Below, in pieces: positions 24,826 to 33,678 of a stretch of DNA of 59,425 nt. Under the pieces are notes generated by a model. It was given only the letters and a program-made list of their open reading frames with translations. It was not told the origin of the DNA and made no database searches. The stretch comes from Toensbergia leucococca. Lineage: Eukaryota. Within the stretch, counting starts at the first letter, position 1. Every line of letters starts with the position of its first letter. The DNA is taken from NCBI GenBank assembly GCA_022813965.1, contig JALDZS010000025.1, positions 124,001 to 183,425 on the forward strand. The letters run 5' to 3'. Made by a program: the position numbers and the translations under genes.

Positions 24826-26341
24826 TCAATCATACCCCTCCCCATAGAAATCCTCCCGTTGCCTCTGCGTACTGACCCACTCCTCACTCGCCAACCCCTC
24901 CCTCTTCCTCCCCCTCAACCCCTCCCCATCCTTGCACCAATCACAAGCCATCTCACACCGCGGCACCTCGTCCTCCTCCCCAAAGTACTCCCCGATAACT
25001 CGATGCCGGCACCTGTCCACACCCTCACAATACGCCACCAACTTCTGGAAACTCTTCGCGCGGCCCTCGACCGCCGCTTCCTTTCCACTGCCGCCGCCAT
25101 GGTGGTTGCCAGCGGCGTCCCTGCCAATGCGATAGGCGATCCGATCGCGGTCTTCGCGCGAATAGTAGAGGATGCAGGCTGCAGCTTTGCCGTCGCGACC
25201 GGCGCGACCAGCTTCTTGGTAGAAGCCTTCGAAGCTCTTGGGGACGCTCCAGTGCACGACGAAGCGGACGTCTTCTTTGTCGATGCCCATTCCGAAAGCG
25301 GTCGTCGCGACGATGATGTCATAGCCGACTTCGTTGGTGAGCCATTTGTGCTGGCATTCAGTGCGATCTAGGGCGGAGAGGCCGGCATGGTAGGGGGCGG
25401 CGCCGATGTTCTGGGCGCGGAGGCGGGTGGCGAGAGAGTCGCAGTCGGAGCGGTACGAGGTGTAGATTATGCCGGATACGGCGTCGGGGCGTTGATTTAG
25501 AGATGCGAGTTCGGCTTTTCGGGCTGGATCCGTGGCGCGCCTTTTGTGGATGGCTTTGAGCCAGTCGACGAGGGAGGAGAAGCGTGTGTCGCTTGCGTCA
25601 GAGGAGAAGCGAAGTTCGAAGTGGAGGTTTGGGCGGGACGTTGATGTCGTGAAAATTTTGATGGTGGAGGGGTCCAGTCCGAGGGTGGAGATTATGTCAG
25701 CCCGGACTCGAGGGGTAGCAGTTGCTGTAAGAGTAATGGTAGGGACATCTGGGTAGGCCGTGCGGAAATGGGAGAGATGGGAGTAAGCGGGGCGGAAGTC
25801 GTGACCCCATTCGGAGATGCAGTGAGCTTCGTCAATGGCAATGCGAGCGAATTCTCCTTGGTCGTAGACTGTCTTTAGATGGCGGCGAAAGGACTCGCTG
25901 AGGCATATTCACATTTTGGTCAGTAAGATGAATTGTCACGAACGTGCAGTACAATCTCTCACAGAATTCAGGAGTGACGTAGAGGAGGCGATTGCGGGGA
26001 TGGCCACAGGACAGGTCGTCGAGGATAGCTTTGCGGTCTGCGAAAGGTGTGTTGGAGTTGATGGTAGCTACGGCAATGTCGGCAGCACGCAAGGCATTGA
26101 CCTGGTTGTTCATGAGTGCCAGTAGAGGAGAGACAACAACGGTGATGCCATGATCGATGACGGCGGGCAGCTGGAAGCATAGACTTTTGCCAAAAGATGT
26201 GGCAGCTTGGACAAAAACATGGTGACGTTCCAAGGCAGCTCGAATGATGTCGCGTTGGTAGGGTCTGAAAGCACTCTTGCCAAAGACACGGCGCAGTACG
26301 AAGTCTATGTCAATGGGGGACTGTTTCTTTGCCGTTGACAT
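24826..26341 (-). CDS. Compact RecQ-family DNA helicase (helicase core plus Zn-binding RQC start, no HRDC)
   Basis: FRPYQ, AATSFGKSLCFQLPA, IDEAHCISEWGHDFRP, LTATA, VATTAFGMGIDK, YQEAGRAGRDG and CRH...CEMACDWC. One intron near 25898-25962 has an uncertain acceptor (see findings). Confidence 0.9.
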
Positions 26342-26501
26342 GTTGAGCTGTGATTTGGCGAATGGTGGTTGACGCGTCGTGATGATGCGTGTTGATTCGT
26401 GTTGGGTGGCGAAATTCGAAAACCCTTTGTAGAAGTTGGCTTGAACAACGATGATCACAATGATCAGCCATTTCCTCGCTCGACATCCACACGGCTTCTC
26501 C

Positions 26502-28256
26502 TCAACTCAATGTTTGCAAACACTGATTGACCAAATACAAGTCGTGCTCGTCAGGCTCCCACCTGCCTCTAAGCTCCTCCCATACCTCCCACATTCTTTC
26601 CATACCATCACACTTAGCGAAAGCCATGAGTGCCCACTTGATCATCCATTTTTCCAGCCGAACATCTTCCAAGCCTTGATCCAGCGTCTGCAGTAGGGAT
26701 TCGTATACCCTCTCCAGTTTTGATCTGGTCCATGAGCTATACCGGATACCACCGTGCTTGGCGAAGCCCTTGAAGAGCTTAACAAAGATCCGCCCATGCA
26801 TTGGTATTCCAAGAAACTGCATTTCATTGAGAAGTGTGGTGATCCGCTGGAGCTCACCCGTCCGATTGGCATGGTGCTCTAGAAATACAACGTAAGTGCG
26901 CACGTTCGGCGCAAGGAATTGCTGAAGCTGAACCTCCTGGATTTTTTCAGGGTTATTTTTCCACCGCACTCGCACTGTTTCAAGGGCATGACCTAAGTCT
27001 CGGGTACCCTTCCAATTGAGTGGCGGTAGTCTCGCTCCTGTCTTGCTTGACCATATCTGCTTCATTCGCTCGTAGACTTGTTCCGCCGCTGGAAGCTCGC
27101 CCGCTCGAATAAGTGAGCAGATGACGCAGTTCAATACCATGGTGTCAACAATGTTCGAACTTGTAACAAAATCTCGATATGCTTTCCTCACACCATCGCC
27201 ATCTCCTTTGAGACCACTGTAGAATATGAATCCCACGCTTCCGTATCGGTTGATCTCAAATTCTCGTGCCTCCATCTCTTTCAAGATCATTTCCGCCAAC
27301 ACGAATTTGCCTGCCCTGGCGGCGATGTCAAATAATATGTTGAAAGTGACATGATTGCTCTTAATTCCGGCGTCTTGCTCCATCTCCTTCCAAATGCGCA
27401 GCGCAGACTCAACTTCCGTAGCACTGACTCTCACTAGACATCGACCCGCATATGCAATAGCGCTGTTCCATTGCCATGTAGTCAAAGGTAACCTGGCTAC
27501 CTTCATGTCCTCCACGATCGACAAGTATCGTAACATACTGGCCTGGTCTTTCGTTTCTATGACTGCTAATCGATGGAATAATTGCCAACGGACGCTGTCT
27601 GAAAGACATACAACTCCTGGGAATGGTAAAGCCTTATAAGCTTCAAAGATGGTCGCATGTGTAATCGATTTGTCGTTCAGAAGACTTTCGAGTCTTTGAA
27701 TGGCCAAAACCTCTTCGTCGTTTCGCGGCTCTGATGTCGAGGTATCAGACTCTTCAATTTTGGGTTCTTGTTCCTTCAAGATTGGCTGTGGCAGATTCAA
27801 GACTGGCTTTGAACTATCCATCAAATTTGCCGTTAAATCTTTATCAATCGGGTCCCGGTAATAGTCCACCAGGTTTAAGTATTCGTGGCGGGATATTCCA
27901 GATCGTGGGCGGAAAATTCGTGGATGCCTTATGATGGTGTGAAGTCTTCTTCGACGTGCCTGATGGTACATGAAAGTAGAGGTTGGCGGCAAAGTCTGGG
28001 GAGGCAGTTGACGGGCATGCTGTTCGCATGAGCCTGCCTTGACCAGGGCATTGATGAAAATGCTATCCATCTGATTTGGGGCTATATCGTGTTTTCGTCT
28101 CCGGGGATATTGTTGGGCTCTTTGATGCAAGCCTACCAAAAAAGTATCTTCAAACGGAAGAGAGGGGAGTAGAAAGGTCAGGACTTGGGGTCTGTAGCCT
28201 ATCTTAGCAACGCAAAAGCTGTGCATGGACCTGTGCAAGGTGCCAGTGAAGAACAT
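26502..28256 (-). CDS. Pentatricopeptide-repeat (PPR) protein, probably mitochondrial
   Basis: 584-aa ORF with PPR-like units (WNSAIAYAG, VTFNILFDIAARAGKFVLAEMILKEM, VLNCVICSLIRAGELPAAEQVYERM) and a basic N-terminus. Confidence 0.85.
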   Translation of the reverse strand: MFFTGTLHRSMHSFCVAKIGYRPQVLTFLLPSLPFEDTFLVGLHQRAQQYPRRRKHDIAPNQMDSIFINALVKAGSCEQHARQLPPQTLPPTSTFMYHQARRRRLHTIIRHPRIFRPRSGISRHEYLNLVDYYRDPIDKDLTANLMDSSKPVLNLPQPILKEQEPKIEESDTSTSEPRNDEEVLAIQRLESLLNDKSITHATIFEAYKALPFPGVVCLSDSVRWQLFHRLAVIETKDQASMLRYLSIVEDMKVARLPLTTWQWNSAIAYAGRCLVRVSATEVESALRIWKEMEQDAGIKSNHVTFNILFDIAARAGKFVLAEMILKEMEAREFEINRYGSVGFIFYSGLKGDGDGVRKAYRDFVTSSNIVDTMVLNCVICSLIRAGELPAAEQVYERMKQIWSSKTGARLPPLNWKGTRDLGHALETVRVRWKNNPEKIQEVQLQQFLAPNVRTYVVFLEHHANRTGELQRITTLLNEMQFLGIPMHGRIFVKLFKGFAKHGGIRYSSWTRSKLERVYESLLQTLDQGLEDVRLEKWMIKWALMAFAKCDGMERMWEVWEELRGRWEPDEHDLYLVNQCLQTLS

Positions 28257-28562
28257 GAAGCGTGCGACATGGTGTTATGGAACTGCATGTAGATCCATCG
28301 AATCAATTGAAGCTTTTCGGCATATCTCGACACTTAGCAGGAGGGAGCTCCAGTGTGATTGAGAATTGGTAATTGGTAGTTCTGCGCTTTTCCCGGCGAA
28401 GAAATCCACCTCCAGGCGAGCTTGATTTTACGAAGCTCCGCCCAGCATCTTCAACTCAACTACACTTTCTAATTCAATGCACATAAAGCAGGTTAATATT
28501 GCACGTTTCACAACCCTATTTGTCCTGTCGCCAACTAATTGCCATATCCAATTTGTTGTGTA

Positions 28563-29389
28563 ATGGGACGGTACGACTTTCGGCCCCTCCGTGTCCACCA
28601 AACAGCAACCCGACTCCTCGCAACAGAAAGAATCAGCAGCGCGCCTCCATGGTACGACGTTATCGCTAGGATACCACCGGCTCAGACTCTAGTTCGAACA
28701 CAGCCTTTACAGCACCATGAGCCCGTCCGAAAATCAAAGACAAAGAAGCCAAGCAAGCTATTCCATCCCGCACAGATAACATTTGAAGAGGATCGATTGC
28801 GAACTGAATTCTTCCGCGATCATCCATGGGAGCTGGCAAGACCTCGAATAGTGCTCGAGGATGACGGGAGGGATGCCGAAAGGAACGACTGGAGTCATAT
28901 AGAACAGCCAGGGAGACCTTTGAATGGAGAGAGGTATGTCCTTCGCTGGCCTCTGATACGCTACATGTTATTGACATGGTCAGCGTTGTACAACGACAAT
29001 TATGGCTTCTTCAAAATGTCCCCAACATGACTTCGGCAAAAGCCTACGACCATGCCCGAAAAGAATTCTACGAAATTAGATTACAGGAAGAAGTAGAAAC
29101 GCGGGTGGCAAAGGAAGAGGCTTTAGCTACCGGCGCATATTTTGGCAAGTCAACCCTGGAGATAGGGATGGAATTGGAGGACAAACAATACGGAAACTGG
29201 AAACAATGGGCTACTGAGGATATACTCAAGGACAAGCAAGCGCTTGCTGCAAGGTATACTGGTAACGCCTCGGACGTCTCGCCGGATGACGCAGAGAAAG
29301 AAGCTGGGCACGAGGAGACTCCGGATTCAAAACCAGCTCAGGAGCAGGCACCTTTAGGGGGTGCTCTTAATACAGCCTTGAACATGTAG
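28563..29389 (+). CDS. RSM25: Mitochondrial small ribosomal subunit protein mS23 (Rsm25)
   Basis: [49 protein letters not shown] and [13 protein letters not shown]...[10 protein letters not shown]. Intron at about 28933-28983. Confidence 0.93.
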
Positions 29390-29826
29390 ATATATGTCAA
29401 GATATACCCACCATTACTTTGTCCATCCTAGCTCAGGAAGACGGATTCCCAACCTTGAGGCAGTTTCTTGTTCGAGTCATGAGATCAGACTCTGTCATTG
29501 AAGATGGAGAAAATCCGTGGTGCCAAAGAGTGAATGTTCCAAATTCAATTAATGAACCAGTCCTCGCTGATCATTTATTGGTCTTGCGGATTAGAGAGAA
29601 GGGAGGTGCAAGTGCTCGTCGAAACAGGTGACTTGAGCAAAATGGAGACAGAAGACTTTCGTGAGCAGAGCAACAATCGAAGTAGGCGGCAATCGTCGCA
29701 GGGTTCTAGTCCTCGTCCCACAACCTCCTTACCAGTGTTCTCCCTTTTGCCAAGCTATCATTGTTCTCCCCAAATACTACAACTATACTACCCAGCTCAA
29801 CCAACCCCGTCCTGTGGCTCAATGGT

Positions 29827-29999
29827 TACTGTGACTCTCCATGCAAGAACTTGAGACAACAGTGATACTGCCTCCTCAACATGGTCGCTCCAACTTTGCC
29901 AGGGTGAAAATCAAAATGAGCTTTGGCAACCTATCTGATGAATAGTTGCAGCACAAGCCGCGCCAAGAGCATATGTAGTGGTTCCGCCTCCTCGTAGCT
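29827..29999 (-). pseudogene. Possible eroded TPR-repeat relic
   Basis: Two short out-of-frame pieces, SYEEAEPLHMLLAR and DHVEEAVSLLSQVLAWRVTV, resemble kinesin-light-chain-type TPR helices. There is no intact ORF. Confidence 0.3.
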
Positions 30000-30764
30000 T
30001 GGCTACTCGGCAGATGTTCTCTCTACTACACAGCGTAGAAAAAAGGAGTACATCAGGTCATACTCAAATGACCGCTGGCACTGAAATACGAGTGTGTAAT
30101 TTGGTATCTAAAAGGTCAAGTCCAAACTCCTAATGTTTTGTACTAAACAAAGCCCCATCTGCACCCAAGAAACGCCGAATGTAGCTGAGCGACATCGCAT
30201 ATTCCAGTAACATTTACTTTAAACGTTGCAAAATACCAACAACGCGCATCTAAGGGTATCAGTGAGGGGAAAAAAGGCGTTGAAAATAGTCACGTAGCAT
30301 GGTCAACATGCATCAAATCCAAAAGCAAGCCAAGACGACCCAATCGAAAGACCCAACTTAACGCGAGAGAACAGTCGAAGAGCATCGCATGTTACAGCAT
30401 AGTAAGCTAAGAAATGGAGCGGTACCTTGGATTTTCCAGAGACAATCAAAAGCCAGCAGCAGTACTACAGAAAACAAGAAACCACGAAAAAAACATTACT
30501 AAATGGATTCTTGCGCAGGCACAATCCTTCGTTTTTGAGAAACATGGAATTACGGCCGGTGGCGTAACGGTAATGGAAGTGATGGAACGGAATAGACGCT
30601 CTCTGGATTTGGAGTATTTTCCTATGGGCAAGCGGCGGACCTGGTAGACTCTGATCGGGAAAACAATCTGCGAACGGGTGACATGAGCTTGGATGATGCC
30701 GTGGCGATTGTTGGACTGTAGAGAGCGGCGGATCTCTAGCTACAGTACGAGAGTACTGCCAGGG

Positions 30765-32370
30765 CTATGGCAACACGGATGAGGTTGCGGTGGGTATCGA
30801 CCGATTCAATGATCTATGTATGCTGCGCATGTCATGCTCGTGGCGTTCGCGGCGTTGTTCCTCCTCAGAAATGGTCGTAGCATTAGCGTACGGTCTAATT
30901 GTAAGATCCCACTCGTCCTGCCTTTGAAGCTCTATAATGTCTTGCTGCTTCAGTTTCCTCTCCTCCAAAACTTGTGCGCTACCTCCAGAAGACGAGACTA
31001 CAATCGTTAGCAATTTACTTATTCAGAAAGAGATCTATGTCGGACCTTTGCTCTCCTTGGAAGCAAGCTGTCGAAGTATCTTGTTAACCTTCTTATTCAC
31101 AACAAAGTCAAAGGGCTGCAACTCCCAGAAGTCGCTTGTGGAGCTCTTGACAATGATCGAATCTCCGTACGTGTTGAAGGCATTGGTTTTATACAGCAAT
31201 TCCGCTCCTAGAACTACGTCGGAGGCACATGAGGCTAGTACATGAAACGTAAGATATTTGCATTGGCCGTGTTGGCCATTTCCGAACGTCCAAGGGGCTT
31301 CGATCTGGCCTACTGTCTCCTCCATGGAACCGTTTGCAAATCTGATCCAAGTCCGGTGTTTCCTACCACTTTTAATATGGTATCCGTTGCGTCGGGCCCA
31401 TTCCTCACTAACGATGTTCTCCTCGGACCCAAAATCTGGAAGAGCCAAGACCGGCACTTTACCCATTGATCCAGCCATTCGTCGCCGTGGGCTCCCTATT
31501 AAATTGAAGGAAACCGCCTTACTTGCCAAGAAATTACACTTCCGCAGACGGTGACGTTGAGTGGACATGGTCTCGGTACGAGTAAGGAATTGGTCACCCA
31601 AGATGACATCGTGTATACAGCCCGGGAGTACGTGAAAGAGTATGTTGTAGATTTTGTGTGGAGTATCTTCGAATGCCCAAGGAAGCGAAACCGTGCCGCT
31701 CGACTGAACATTGTCTGAGTTGCCCAAGATGAAAGCTTGCAGCGAATGCTGAACATCAAGGGCTAGATCTTGTACATATTTAGCGGACAGAATATTCTGT
31801 TCGGAGCCCGTATCGGCAATAGCAGAAACGCGAGTTCCGTTCAAGAATCCTGGAAGTCCTATTCGGCTTTTAACCATCTGCTTCATAAACTTCTTCAAAC
31901 TCATCTTGGAATCATTGGCGTGATGTGTGGGTGACCGGGTGGCCTTCGAATTGGATTGGGTCTTGGGGCCGCGGCGAGAGACCGTCCAGTCATAGATCCA
32001 TTTACCTAGCGAATTGGCTTCGAAGACATTGCCGAGTAGCCAGAGTGGCTCTTCCGTAGGATCCCAATTCTTGGGCGAGTAATTCTTCGGAATAGTCGAT
32101 AGAGTGAAATCTCCTTGCACGAAGCCAGCTTCGTGAATCTCGGAAAGTCCCTGCACGATTTGCTTTGCCCACCGTTCTCTCCTCGCCGACGGTAAACGAT
32201 CTCTCATATCATAAAGCAGATCAACAAGAGCACCTTGGTCTGCGAAACCTATCAGAAGATCTTTGATAACGGAATGCCCCTCATCAACCACAAGACCTTG
32301 GAAATTTATCACACTAGTTGAACCGATCAGGGCATGTAATGCGTTTATCTCATATAGGAATTCAGAGACA
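30765..32370 (-). CDS. Mosaic ORF: truncated protein-kinase fragment, gp1-like fragment and tandem retropepsin-like aspartyl protease domains
   Basis: One open frame reads EFLYEINALHAL...WAKQIVQGLSEIHEAGFVQGDFTLS | IPKNYSPKNWDPTEEP..LLGNVFEANSLGKWIYDWTV | SAIADTGSEQNILS...DVILGDQFL and ALPDFGSEENIVS...DVVLGAELL. A probable last intron at about 30998-31046 leads to an exon ending at 30765. The true start is uncertain. Confidence 0.7.
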
Positions 32371-32599
32371 TCAGTGGTGACGGTGAGGCGGCACGTGGGC
32401 GGTGATCAGTTCCCTGGTGGCACCGCCACACCATTCTAGTAATGTGCTGCGCCTTAACATTATCGTCATCGCCTTACTGACAGCCTCACAAAATATCTTC
32501 TCGAGCTGCACGTCGAGATGCCCTTGTGACTCGACTCGCCCCGATAATATCGATGAATTAGCCAACTCTACAGTGTTCGCCAAAACAGAATGACTTTCG

Positions 32600-33678
32600 A
32601 TGTCGAGGAACCACCTCCATGAAGATATTGAATTAGGCCGGGTCACAGACGCCAGGCGGTGTGATGGGTACCCCTCGCTCGCAAACTTCATCTCCCAGGA
32701 CAGTGATGCCGCCATCTATCGAAGGTTTGAGCGTCTAAGCGCGAGAAGCCTGCTGTACTTGCAGAGTGAGCTTCATGACCTAGAAGAGCAATTAGAAAAT
32801 TGTGACAGAGAGGATGCAAGTAAAGATGCAGATGTTGCAGCAAGGAAGTCTGCAAGATCGTGGGATCATCTCACGAGCAACGCGAAGACGAGGACGAGAG
32901 AGGCAGATCGGCTGAAGTTGATTCGCAAGATAAAGGCAATTCTGAAAGAGTACCGTCTGTTCGCATAATCGAAGAGTATGGAATTTCCATCCTGACAATA
33001 GTCTTAGACGAGTTCCTAGTTCTTCAGTCTCAAGTATATGCACTTGAAGGCCCCGGAAAGCGTACACTGGCTGCATTCAGAAGATGGTTCTCTCCTGCCG
33101 TACAAGGAAAAGTCATTCCGGTGTTGGGTGGTCGTGACAAAGATTTACTGGATGACCGCAAAGATCTTGTGGCACTGGCTCCGATGGACGAGGACCGTTT
33201 GAATCGCTTTCTTCAAGATTACTTTGGTTGGTTTTTCCGAGTGTGTGACCAATCCCCAGACAAAACAATCGAGAACCTATGGAAGACTGATGATCGTCCT
33301 CACGGCCTCTAGGAGAAGAACACAGCTCTGCCTCACCAGGACATGTACTACTTTCCTCAAAGACGAATAAAACGTGCTGGCGCCATCATCAGCATTTTTC
33401 TCAGCGCTGTCCTACTCATCGGTGCCATTGTCTGCCTACACTCTGTGTCAAGTCAGGGCTTCAAATTGAGGATCGGCATGATTGTTCTTTTCACCGTACT
33501 ATTTGCTATGATTGTAGGTCTGCTTACGAATGCCCGGAGGGCAGAAATCTTTGGCTCGACAGCAGCGTAGATCATTGATTCCTTGCTCAAGGAATTGCGA
33601 ACGACACGCTAATTCATGTCGAATAGATACGCAGCAGTTCTTGTGGTGTTCGTGAGTGGAGATTCTGGCAACTCATAA
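32600..33678 (+). CDS. DUF6594-domain membrane protein
   Basis: GYPSLANFISQDSDAAIYRRFERLSARSLLYLQSELHDLEEQL...LKEY, DLVAL, three hydrophobic helices and the end ARRAEIFGSTAA|YAAVLVVFVSG. Three introns. Confidence 0.9.

Noticed and set aside
24676..25371. 231-aa plus-strand ORF and similar antisense/shadow ORFs throughout the window
   Set aside because: They lie antisense to or out of frame with well-supported genes (here RecQ) and are expected by-products of codon bias.
31035..31900. LTR retrotransposon pol remnant
   Set aside because: No gag, RT, RNase H, integrase or LTRs are visible. The tandem protease with a spliced helical tail looks like a cellular gene.
32098..32370. Functional protein kinase
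   Set aside because: It lacks the Gly-rich loop and the VAIK lysine and ends at the catalytic loop, so it is only a fragment.
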